From positions 744,001-808,000 of the forward strand of contig OZ287087.1 of the NCBI GenBank assembly GCA_965645245.1: DNA of 64,000 nucleotides, given 5' to 3'. The position numbers and the translations under genes are program-made. Shown here in pieces: positions 13,201-24,330 of the stretch. The notes beneath the pieces are model-generated. The model saw nothing but the letters and a program-made list of their open reading frames with translations. It searched no databases and was not told where the DNA came from. The first letter of the stretch is position 1, and every line of letters begins with the position of its first letter. The DNA is from Massalongia carnosa (lineage: Eukaryota).

Positions 13201-13530
13201 AGGGTCCCCAGTCAAAGAGCACTGGAGAACATTCGTCCCAGCATCAACACCGTATTCAGTTCAAACCAGGTCCCGAAATCCCATGAGCACATGGTGCAAG
13301 TGCTAGCAACCCTGGCAGGAGGCGAGGACAATTAGGGCCTCCCTGATCCTTTGACACTGAAAGAGGCTATGTCCTCACTCCACTGGGATCAATGGAGAAA
13401 GGCCATGGAGACCGAGTATCAATCGCTAGTGGAGAATGAAACTTGGACACTAGAAAGGGCACCGACTGATCGAAAGGTGATCACCGGTCGCTGGGTGTTC
13501 AAAATAAGAAAGATAAATGAGATGGTTCTA
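10215..13530 (+). mobile_element. Ty1/Copia retrotransposon, degenerate, 3'-truncated
   Basis: Partial 5' LTR, PBS, gag from ATG 10606, zinc knuckle CRKCGKTGHLERVC, protease IDSGA, WHERLGH, integrase, RT start RWVFK; cut by the Gypsy LTR at 13531. Confidence 0.9.
10410..10421 (+). promoter_or_regulatory. Copia primer-binding site ggttatgagccc
   Basis: Directly follows the LTR end; identical motif at 31178-31189; complementary to the tRNA-Met anticodon region, as usual for fungal Copia. Confidence 0.75.
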
Positions 13531-14142
13531 TGTCACGTGAGGCCCCTGAGTCAAAGTAAATTAAGAATCACCCTCTGAAAATTCTTTCCTCATTCACTTC
13601 TTCTCACTCGGCCTCATCCATCTCACTGACTCGTCGTCGACCCCACGTTGTCTCGGTGCCCCTACCTCGCTGTCAGTGCTTGCTGCTTTTCCCCACCCTC
13701 GGCCACCCGAGATTCATAGCTAGTTAGAAGCCACCTTAAGTGAGCGATGGGCGTACAGGTCAACCAGGGCATCGATCCGGAGCGCCGCCGGGCACCTCCA
13801 TCTAGATCATCGCCGTTGGGCACTGCCGTCGGGCATCATCTATCGGATCGTTGAGCGTCAGCAGACGCCTCGGGCCTAGAAGATGAGGTTCTCACCTCAG
13901 CACCGACCCCGAGTCACGTGCCTAGGCCTGCCCGGGCTGACCTGTGTCGTTCCATGCCCAATCAAATTCAAGCATTCAAATCAATTCATCCAATTAAAAG
14001 CCCCCCCCAGCGCAAGCGAAGGTAACGGCACCGATAAGGGTCATAGAACCAACTCCCGAACCGCTAGCAATTTGAATTTTGAGCATCACCGCTCCACTCC
14101 CCTACATAGTTCCCCTCTCTCTTTAGGTGTCGACCCCTGACA
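13531..14142 (-). repeat. Gypsy 3' LTR (~612 bp)
   Basis: tgtca...tgaca termini; preceded on the minus strand by purine-rich ggaatagtgatagg. Confidence 0.8.
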
Positions 14143-14155
14143 CCTATCACTATTC

Positions 14156-14671
14156 CTACTCCACCGTTCGCTTCATTCCGGCCTCAGCAAACTCTAACAC
14201 CTCCTCATCCAGCTCGGGTCCCGGAGTCGTATCAATGTCATCAGGTATGTGAGGAATGGGCCTACCATGTGACTCTCGCTTCAACCGGAAATATGACCTA
14301 GCCCCAAAGCCCTCTTCCTCTGCTTTCTTCACATGCTGAAACATAGTAATGGCTTCCTTGAGTGCCCGATTCCTCCATTCTTCAACTGCCCGTGACAGTT
14401 GGGCCATATCCACCTCCTCAATAACATCGTCCCATTGAGCTTTGAACTCTTCTTCTTTCATCATCGATGCCCAGGCATCATTCTGCATGACATAGTCATA
14501 GTAGTCCATTATGGTATCCTCTAGCATATGCTGAAACTCTATTAGCTGCGATGCTATAGTTCTCTGCCTCTCGTATCGGTCTGCTGGGGTCAATGTCTCA
14601 AGAAAAGCTAGTGCATCTGTCATGCGGTGAAAGCGGTCATTCCCTAGGACAATGACTGCTTGGGAAGACAT
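14156..14671 (-). CDS. Accessory ORF of the Gypsy element (171 aa, unknown function)
   Basis: ATG-initiated, stop-free, same strand as pol, ends 13 bp before the 3' LTR. Confidence 0.6.
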   Translation of the reverse strand: MSSQAVIVLGNDRFHRMTDALAFLETLTPADRYERQRTIASQLIEFQHMLEDTIMDYYDYVMQNDAWASMMKEEEFKAQWDDVIEEVDMAQLSRAVEEWRNRALKEAITMFQHVKKAEEEGFGARSYFRLKRESHGRPIPHIPDDIDTTPGPELDEEVLEFAEAGMKRTVE

Positions 14672-15024
14672 GTCAAAAGATGTAAGGTAAGTTAAGATAA
14701 AATGTTTCGAGTTCCCGAGTAGCTTGCTGACTTTCGCTTAGATAAGAAGTTGAGCTTAGCAGAGATGTTTGCTGATAGGAAGATCGTAGATGTGCTGATC
14801 AGGTAGGTAGTAAAAGCTAGATAATTTGCTGAGTTCTGGTAGTATGGAAAGGGTAAAAAATGGAGGTGAGGATTCGGAAGATGGCACTTTTGACTATGGT
14901 TGGTGAAGTTTTCGGTGAATTTTGGTAAATGTGAAATGAAACTATTCCGAAGGTTCGTGTGCTTCCTCCGCTGACAATATGCATTTTACTAAGGAAATTC
15001 GTTCGATATAGATAGTCGGATATG

Positions 15025-18000
15025 TCAATTTTCCACCGTCTCCATCGCATCAGCACGTCTGCTAGGAATCACTACTGCCATTGGCCAGCCAGGTGGAATC
15101 ATGGACTGTCGGTCGTCCTCGTCCCCCCCATGGTTTATAGTCGGCCCCTGACTATTATGTTGCTCAGGTTCTTCTATCGGAGGTAAGTTAATATTTTGCC
15201 AAGCATGAAATGGTTTCAGTCGATTTCCTGCGAAGGTTCTAGCTAATAGGGTGCCGTCTAGTTCACATAGTTTGTAAGTTCCCTTATCAACAATTGCTTG
15301 TTGAATTTTATATGGTCCCAACCACCTGAACGTTAGTTTGGCTGTGTGCTGTATCAAAAGGCAGTATAGTAGATAGAGGATAGAACGCTTGCTTTTGTTC
15401 TATATGGTGGGAATAGCTAGATTTATAGACAATGTACGGTATGCTAGTATTAGACTAGCGATACGTCTAGCCATTAGCGTGCGCCATACTTGTGCGGTAG
15501 TAACTAGGTGAGTGCGGCTGAAATGAAGTGGCCTGATTTGTACATTCTAATATGCTGATTGTCTAATTTAGGGTCGTGCAAAAGAATTAATTGACCCTCG
15601 GTGAGTTCAATGGATCTCAGATTGTTCAGAGTGTCAAAGGTCTCCTTGCCTTCAATTCTTTGTCTTTGCAGAAATAAAGCTGTCTCTTCAATGTCTTCGT
15701 CCCTTCGCTGTATTTGTCTCGCACGCATAGCTAGCAATTCGTCTGTTATATGAACTTCATTCCATGGTAATATTCTCCATGTTGGAATTTCCAGTTCGAT
15801 TGGTAGAACAGCCTCATTGCCGCTATTCAGATAGAAAGGTGTGTTGCCGGTGCTAGCACGAACTGTTGTACGGTTGGCCCATAGTACTGTAGGAAGATTA
15901 TCAACCCATTTGCCCATGCCTCCATTTGTCATTTTGGATAATGCTTGAACAACTGGCCGATGTCCACGTTCTATCATGCCATTGGCTTGTGGATGATATG
16001 CAGAAACAACTACTCTTTTGATACCATATCGATTTGCTAATTCGATAACAGCATCTTTGTTTTCTGGTCCACCATCAACAATCAGTTTTCCGAAGCACCT
16101 ATGTCTGCATATAACATCTTCCCACACGAATCTCGCGACATTCTGAGCGGTAGCTTTTCCTAGTGCTCTACCCTCGACCCATCCGGAAAAGTCATCCCTG
16201 GCCATAACAATATAGTGCTTGCCTCGATAAGCTGGCATGTGTACCACGTATAAGCCAACCTTCTGCCACATGAAGGTAACCCATGTCGGATGAAGTGCTT
16301 CCTCGAGCCTAGTGGGGTCACGTTTCTGACATTCCTCGCAGGACCGAACATAGCCTTTTATATCATCGTGCAATTGTTCCCACCAGTACCTGTTTGCTAT
16401 GCGTCTGTATGTGCCCTCTCTGCCTCTATGTCCACTTTCGTCATGTAGCTGTTTCAATATTTCCAACTTCCGCTCATCGGAGTCTATCACTCGCCTGGAA
16501 GGTACGTTCTTGCTGTTTCGTCTATAAAGTTGGCCATCTTGTACTTGATAGCGCAAGGCCTCGCTCTTAAATGCCCTAAACTCTTTGCGATTTAGTCCAA
16601 CCGGTTTTTGTAGTGACGTTAGAAATGCTGCGATTCTTTCGGACTTATCACTATATCCATCCTTTAACACTTTTTCGTCTAGCACCTCGTCTGCGGAGTT
16701 AACAGAAATTGGACAGGCCCTTAGTGAATTCAGTTCGGCGTCTATGAAGTCGTCTATGTCTTGCTCCTGCTGTTCGGCCCGAATTTCTTCCTCAGTATGA
16801 GGTCGTCTAGACAGTCCATCTGCTGCCGTATGTTTCGGCCAGCAACATGTTTGACCTCGAAGTCAAACAGTCGTATCCATGCTATCCATCGGATTATCAG
16901 AGCACCAGGCAAATCAGTACAAGCTCCATTCAATTGCGCCACTAGGACGTTGGCGTCTGTCTCCAACACAAAGTGAACTACATATAGCCAGTGCCTTGTC
17001 TTTTTCAATGCCTTCAGAACGCCTCGACACTCTCGCTTGGTTGCATCATATCGCTGTTCCACCTCGCTTCATACTCCGCTTTCGTACCGAATCGGGTGAC
17101 GCTTGCCATCAAAGATTTGCATCAGTAAAGCGCCCAATCCTTTCAAACTCGCATCCACAGCCAATATGATAAGTCCAGCTAGCTCGCTATAGTCAATGGT
17201 CTTTAGTGCTGGCGGAGATGTCAGAGCTATCTTCAGCAAGTCCATTGCCTCGGTTTGTTCCATGCCCCATACAAAAGCAGCATCTTTCTTCAGCAGACGA
17301 TATATTGGTTCAGCAAAAATGGCAAAGTTCAATATCCATATGCGATAGTACACACACACACCTATAAAAGCACGAGCGGAAGAAGCGTCGGTGCATATCG
17401 GCCACTCTAGAATTTTGATGACCTTAGCGGTGTCCGGATGTCTACCATCGGAGTGGGTCACAAATCCTACTATCTTCAGACCGGCCATGCAAAATTGCGA
17501 CTTTTCTCCGGAGATAGTGCATCCAGCCCTTTCTATGTCCGCGAGTACCCCATCTAGCCACATGAGATGTTCAAGCACGTAATTTCTGATGCCCGGTGGC
17601 ACTTCTTCACCACCATAGTCAGTCTTCGGCCCCTTCACTCCGATGTCATCAAGGAAAGGTTTAGCACGGTTCGGAATGTGGTCCTGCAGTATCTTTATCA
17701 CTACCCGTAGGAACTGTGCAACCGAACTGGTAGCTCCCATTGGTATAGATGTCATTCGCAATAGTCCTATTGGTGTCATGAAGGCGGTCATGTCTCGACT
17801 TTGAACATCAAGTTCCATTTGGTCATATCCTGAAAACAAGTCGATCAAGGAAGCGATGTGGCAGCCAGCAAAGTCCTCTGAGAATTCGTCTACCCAACGT
17901 GGCAGATTTGCGTCTCGGATGGTCACTTTGTTCATGTCTAGGGCCGCATTAACTAATCGGTACTTATTTTTCTCTTTCTTCTTCACTATGAACCATGGAT

Positions 18001-21000
18001 TTCGATAGGGACCATGACGAGGTTCCAACGTTCCTCGCTGCAGTCGGTCCTTCAGCAGCTCTATCACCATCGGTACCAGGGCCCTTGGCAATGGGAATGA
18101 TGGGGGTTGCCATGCCTCGTGTGGAATGGTGTTGATTTTACATGGTGGAGACACCTCAGGTTTGACTCTGCCCATCTCGGAAAACTCCCATGACAGCGCT
18201 GCTTCTCGGTTGTATAACATCTGGGTCAACACTTCTTTCTCAGCAGTCATACTGTCGCCCACTGTCATTCGCTGCAGCCGTTCCGGTGTCAATCGTGAAC
18301 CTTTGAATATTGTCGAGAACTTTGGAATTAGCCAATCAGGAAACTTTTCTGACTTTGGTAGACCTCTCTCTTTCTCTAGCGCCTTCGCCTTTCAATCTGC
18401 TATTCCACCAGGTATGGTGCCATCCGACTGGTCAGAATTCACTAGTCGAACCTTGACTGCCTTCCGTTTGTATGCCGTATCAACTCTCACACTACTCAGT
18501 CGCCCGAACACCCTGTTCTGATTGATCGTGTATGTACATGTCGAATTTCCGAAGAAAACCTCAGAGCCGAAAGTCCGACCGAGCCAATTGCACGCGACGG
18601 TGTGAAGGCGCGAACATAGTGGTCCATCGCTGCCTCTTCCGCACTAGTCGCTGTTGGAGTTGGGGCTATTTGATTTAACAGGCCGGGCCTGTTAAATGGA
18701 ATGGAATATTTATTCTCCGATAGTCCAACCCTAAAACTCCACACTTTCGATCTCTCCAGGTTTTTATTACTGCTACCAACCATGGACCTGTTCGGCACAT
18801 GGTGGCTGGCTAGTTTAAATTCTCGTCTCGGTCCTCCGGAAACAGGTCCTCTGCTGTATGGAGTTTGCTACCAGGATCGGAAGTCACTGTAAACTTAGCA
18901 GTTCGTTTCCCATCTTCAGCATGTATGTGCATTCTACCTCGTTGTTACGGTAGTCCAAGCCTACACGCATCTGGTGAAGATAAAGCACTAGTTGATGGAC
19001 CGCAGCATCAATGACAAATATGTGGTTGAGCGACGCTACTCCACCAATATCAACCTCCACGTTTTCACACACCCCGAGGAATTCCTTTCTATGTCCGGTA
19101 TGGGAAATAAGATTGATATTTGGGTAAGGTCGCATGGCCAGACCCTCGCGCTTAGCGACATCATATGTCATCACATTCACTTCGGCACCTGAGTCAAGAA
19201 GAGACTTATATCGGCCTTCATCACCAACTCGCACTTTGACCTTGAGTGTCGACCTTGTATATGCTCTGCGGAGTAGTGGATCTCAAATGCCGATAGAGCC
19301 GATTTTCACCGTTGGACCGTCCTGTCTTTCTGCTTCCGTATTTCGTGTCAATTTGTTAACTATCGATTTTAACATGAGTAACATGGCTATGATATTGCCA
19401 TTGATCAGTCCTCCAGTACCAGCTGCTAGCGATTGCAGATAGCGGCCCTGTATCAAGTCCACGTTGAACTCTCGTCTCGCTATTTTCAGGAATTCTTCTG
19501 CACCCATCTTTTCTATGGCGTCTCGAACTTCTCCACGAATAGGTGCCCTCAGCATTCCGGTACCTGGCTTCTTCTTTCCGCCGCCTTTCCCAGCTAGACC
19601 TGCCTCTGTCATTTCCACATCTTCTTCTATAGGGTCGGCAAATGTTACCCGAGGTTCTGCCGCGGAAGTTCTGTCGGTCGGTTTTGATTGATCGATACTA
19701 TCACTCCGACGTTCTACCGAAGTAGGAAGAGGACTCCAATTCCCATATCTAGGTGCTTTTGGTACTGCGAAACGGTCCTCGCGCTCAGCCCTGCGTTTCA
19801 GAATTCGTTTAGTTGGCTCTTTCCAGTTCTCTTCAGCAGGTTTATTGTTTTCGGTCCTAGCTGAGTTGATAGAAGTGGTATGTTCGATAATAGTCACCTC
19901 CGGATCCCATTTTTCGTCAGAAGAAAAGTCATCTGCACTATCCTCGACTATTCGAACCGTGTGCACTTCGGCATTTTGTCCCGCTTGACTAAATTGATTG
20001 GCCAACATCTTCGCACGTCTAATGGACTCTTTTTGTGCCACACCCGGTAAATGCCGAATGGGATTGGAATATGTACCCATCGGTCCCAAACAGAGCAGGC
20101 CTTTCTCATTCAGATGAATAACACCATTCCTTTAGTCTACGTCGAATTCTAGACAGTCCATTCGCCTATCATACAGTACCTTCTCTCCGCAATAGTTGCA
20201 GCTTTCGTCGCTACCATATTGATGGTCATGCTGTTGTCTCTGACCGTTATAGAATGATTGTCTATGTGGTGACTGGGAACGGTTCCGACTCTGTTGACTT
20301 TACTGACTATTCTGATTGACCGGTCGCATTTGAGCTCCGGTGGCTAGGACTAATGCATCGAACTTATTGGTCAGGTCCATGATAGTCTTCTCCGTGGACT
20401 TCGATAGGCTAACAGTAGTCGAGTCTACTACTGGTGGACTAAGCGAGTTCATAATATTTTCATGACCGTCTAGCACAATCTTTTTGTCGAACTGGTCGGC
20501 TAGAGCACTATATTTATCAGTAACGCTCTTTTTGGTCCGCATCACCTCCTTATATTTCATTCTCGCATCTACTAGTGTCAGAGTCTTTTTCACTAGTCCA
20601 TCAAAGTCCTTCATCACATTATCGTCCGAATTAACACCTCGGCGAAAGAACAACTCTTCGCGTATGTCGGCAGAAAGACCTTGCATGAATCACTGAATTC
20701 GTGTGTAAATGTCTAGCTTCTCTTGACTAATTAGGGCTTTGGATATGGCACCGAACTTCCGACAGAAGTTCCGCACATCATCGTTGCTAATGCGTACTTT
20801 GTCCTTGTACGACTCCAGAAATGGCCGAGAATTCACCTGCTGAATGCTATCGCCAGCCTTGTACTCTTTCTTCATCACCTTGCTCAGCTATGGCCATCTT
20901 CTCTCCACAAAGTCCGGAAGCGACTCAATGGTCTGGCAAATTAGCATGTCACAATAGCGGGGCAACCTACGAATTTTCTCATCGTTTCCGACATGACAAT

Positions 21001-21172
21001 CCTCACACATATCCTCGTACCGACTCAGCAACTCCGATACATTTTTACCTTGAAAGAATGGAGTGCCAGGAGTGCCTGGTTGAGGCATGGTCATCACAAA
21101 TCCAAAGGGTCCAGCGGACATGGCTGGCCTATTTCCAAAGGACTCGGGGCTTGTCGACGATGGTGTAGCCAT
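15025..21172 (-). pseudogene. Gypsy gag-pol, multiple frameshifts and stops
   Basis: gag PFFQGKNVSE, protease LLDSGAEVN, RT FLDD, RNase H VDAS and ETDA, integrase H2C2 and core, RWLGPY. Confidence 0.92.
15352..15552. mobile_element. Solo LTR inserted in Gypsy integrase
   Basis: 5-bp TSD tgctg (15347-15351, 15553-15557); removal restores DNQH-TAKLTFRW; both termini read TA instead of TG/CA. Confidence 0.8.
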
Positions 21173-21659
21173 AGTGCTCTCTGTCTCGTGGATAGGTTGA
21201 ACTTCGGTTGTAGGTATGATAGTCGATGGAATATCTCGGCTCGCAGGTGGAATAGAACTATCAATTCGCGTGTGTGCCTCGTTAGTGCTTCGAACGCTAA
21301 TGACAAGTAGAGGCCACCTATTATCTTTGAAACATCAAAACTTTTGTATCACCGCTTCGTTTTCGATGATTTTTACTACAGTCGAGTCTGCTGAGTAACA
21401 TCTATCAGCTGGTAAATTATGAGCAAACGGTAGTAGCTAGATGATGATTGTGAGGCAGATGGGGGAGAAGTATCGTTAGATTTTCGAGCAACTTCCGCTC
21501 CTTTGGGCGCAATATTTTCGACCTTTTGACCTTTCAATCATCATATCATCATCAAAAGCGATTCGATTTTCGATATTTTTGCATCATCTGAATGCGCTGA
21601 CCGAGGTCTATAATTCAGTGAATTATGCATTTCAGGTAGACAGTAGGTGATGATACATA

Positions 21660-21712
21660 CGCCGCGCAACGGGTTGGGTTTTCAGTAGAGAAACCCAACC
21701 CGTTGCGCGGCG
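21660..21712. mobile_element. 53-bp micro-MITE or perfect hairpin
   Basis: Perfect 22-bp inverted repeat cgccgcgcaacgggttgggttt with a 9-nt spacer, TA on both sides. Confidence 0.65.
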
Positions 21713-21726
21713 TAGTGATAGTTATA

Positions 21727-23072
21727 CAGTACTAACTAGTTAGGCCAAATGTCTGCGGCCCCGCACCCCACCAACATTTCAATCATTCTATTCAATCAAC
21801 AATCAACCACGTCACGATTGCTGAAATGTCTTGAAACTTTACATAATGATTACATACATACTAAACAAGAATTCCCCCAAAAATTAATTTTTAATATTTA
21901 GTATACCATCCTTCCGACGCTATACACGCTTTTATCCTCCTATTCATGCTCTCTATTAACCTCCTCATCATTTTCACATCTATCAACGTCCAGGCTTCTT
22001 CTAACGCTTTCCAAAGTACCTCACGAACAGTTTCATCACTGCCGATCACCAAATCTATGTTCTGGTTGACTTGATAGACGAGCTTTTTGAGCACATACCA
22101 AACGTGCTCGATGGGATTTAAATCAGGTGAATAGGGGGGCCAATCGATGACCTCTATGCCGTTCTCATTGAACCATTCCATCACCTTTTTAGCCTTATGT
22201 ATAGGTGCGTTATCCTGCATGAAAATGAGGCCCGGTTGCCAAATTCCAAGCAGATTATCGTTCAATAATTCCATATATGAGTTCGCCGAGTACCCCATCT
22301 TCTTCGCCGTAAAATCACGAGCCAATTTGTAAAGATCTGATCTGTCATCTCCCCAAAAAGCTGCCCAGACCATGACACTGACTCCTTTGCCTTTGGGGAC
22401 AGGTTGTATCATCTCTTTATTCCATTTTTCTTTCGGCAATCTGAACACCCACTGACGCTGTTTTCCTGACCCCTTTTCCACCGAGCACTCATCTGACCAT
22501 ATAACTCTTGACCACTGCTCCAAAGTCCACTCACGCCGCAGCAAGCACCAATCCAATCGTTTCTTGGCCACCTCAGGCGTCAATAAAGGTCGGTTTTTAG
22601 CCACCCAGTTGGTTAAACCATACAGTTTGAGTGCCCGATAAATAGTCGTACGACTGCAGCCGAGCCCCACTTCTAGTTTGATTTGTGCATAAGTGATTCG
22701 TGGATTGATTCGTGCATGCTTGATGATATAACGTCGATCGCGTTCTGACAGCCCTTCAGGCCGTCCAGAACGTGATTTAGACACGCCGTCGTTGCGAATT
22801 GAGTGCTTCTGAATGCTGCTCTGCACGGTCGATTTAGTGAAATTAAGAGTCTTCCCAATCTCGGTCGGTATGTGCCCCAACGCCTGGGCCCCAACAATCA
22901 TACCACGTTGATATGGCGTCAATTCGGTGTTACGAGGCCGATTACCACTTTTGGGGGTCAAAGAAGCACGAAGCATGGTGAAATGATGAGATGGAAGATG
23001 AGGGGTTGATGAGTTGAAAACGCGAAATCACGAAAATTACGGGTTGGGCCGCAGACTTTTGGCACGGGACTG
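21727..23072 (-). mobile_element. Tc1-like transposon (DD34E), full length
   Basis: TA flanks; imperfect TIRs cagt...gccaaa.gtctgcggccc. Confidence 0.93.
21891..22976 (-). CDS. Intact Tc1 transposase, 361 aa
   Basis: HTH region, WSDE, MQDNAP, SPDLNPIE with D-34-E spacing; no stops. Confidence 0.93.
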   Translation of the reverse strand: MLRASLTPKSGNRPRNTELTPYQRGMIVGAQALGHIPTEIGKTLNFTKSTVQSSIQKHSIRNDGVSKSRSGRPEGLSERDRRYIIKHARINPRITYAQIKLEVGLGCSRTTIYRALKLYGLTNWVAKNRPLLTPEVAKKRLDWCLLRREWTLEQWSRVIWSDECSVEKGSGKQRQWVFRLPKEKWNKEMIQPVPKGKGVSVMVWAAFWGDDRSDLYKLARDFTAKKMGYSANSYMELLNDNLLGIWQPGLIFMQDNAPIHKAKKVMEWFNENGIEVIDWPPYSPDLNPIEHVWYVLKKLVYQVNQNIDLVIGSDETVREVLWKALEEAWTLIDVKMMRRLIESMNRRIKACIASEGWYTKY

Positions 23073-23428
23073 TAGGTAAAGATGCAGGTGATAAACTGTT
23101 TGATTTTCTAAAAAAATATTTTATTTTATCTCTAGTGAAACGCAGCCACCTTGTGTTTATTGCTAATCTAGTGTTCGGGCAAAGTCCTGACCCTAGGGTG
23201 TGGCATGACACCGTTCGTGCGCCGTCCGCGCCGGGTACGGAGCCGCAACGGGTAGGCTATGGGGTCCATGGACGCTGTAGATGCGAACCCTGGGGTCAAG
23301 AAATACTCCCAAAACCCCAAAACCGTGTTTCTCGCAGAGGTATGGTTTAGAGCGTGCGAAGTCTCGCGATGGTGCGGGTGCGGTGTGAATGTGGTGAGGG
23401 TTCGGGTGAGGTGCGGGACATGTGGTAT

Positions 23429-24330
23429 TCAGCCTCTTTGATGTCGTCTCGAAGCATTCCATATGATTGAGGGGTTTGTGTGTATGTATAATCGGTAGGC
23501 GTCTGATTTCCAGCGTCCTAGCAGCTTGATTTCATCCTCGTTTAGGCCGGCGTTTTTCGCGGAGGTGGCGGCCCCTCTCCGAAAGGAGTGACCTGAATAA
23601 TTTCCCTGACATCCCTTGTCTTTTAGAACGTCTCGTAATGCTTTAGTGACAAAGTTTCGTGTGAAAGCCTTTTTTGGATAGAACAGAGGTTGGGTGAGAT
23701 CTATTGGAAAACGTTCGATCAGATTTCTCAATGATCGGACTAGGCAGGCTTCGTCGTTGACGGCCGCTACTGTAACTGTGACCCCTTGTCGGAAGGGATC
23801 CGTCTTGGAGGCGGGAAGGGTCAGCTGTAATCTGTCCTCGCTCAGTGAACCTCTGGTTATGTGCCACTGGGCAAAGTCGTCTCCCTACATGTTTTCTTCC
23901 CATGTGAATTCTCCGATACGTAAGAAGGCCGCGAAGGCTAAACAGAAGGCCGCGTGCAGTGTGGCTCCCCTTAAGGAATTTTGATCAAAAGTACTAACGA
24001 TCTCTTTTAGGATGGATCGGGTTATAGGACGTTCTCGCGGCTGGGCGGCGGGACGGAGCCGGCGTATGCCTGCCACGATTTTCTCTAGTTGGGGATGATG
24101 GAAAATGTCTAATTCGGCCTTCGACGCGCCTCGGTCGACTTGATAAGATCTGATGCCGCTTAAGTATTGTTTTATGGTTTTTGGGTTAATTCCCTTGTCG
24201 CCTAAATGAGCTGCCCAGTCGCATAATAAGCGAATGGACGGAGGAAAGGGGACGTGATTCCATATCACGCAGTATTCGGTGTAGCTTCGTCGTGCCTGCT
24301 CGTACGATGTTCTAGTCCCTACAGCTAGGC
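23429..24330 (-). pseudogene. Tyrosine recombinase of the YR retrotransposon
   Basis: AFAAFLRIGEFT, SKTDPFR, GHSFRRGAAT, LGRWKSDAYRLY; one in-frame stop at 23885. Confidence 0.9.

Larger units (their letters stand above)
13531..21300 (-). mobile_element. Ty3/Gypsy retrotransposon, 5' LTR missing
   Basis: gag-PR-RT-RH-IN order on the minus strand, extra ORF, purine tract and 3' LTR. Confidence 0.9.

Noticed and set aside
23429..24330. Starship captain, Crypton or phage integrase
   Set aside because: The recombinase is short and follows gag and RT-RH in retroelement order.
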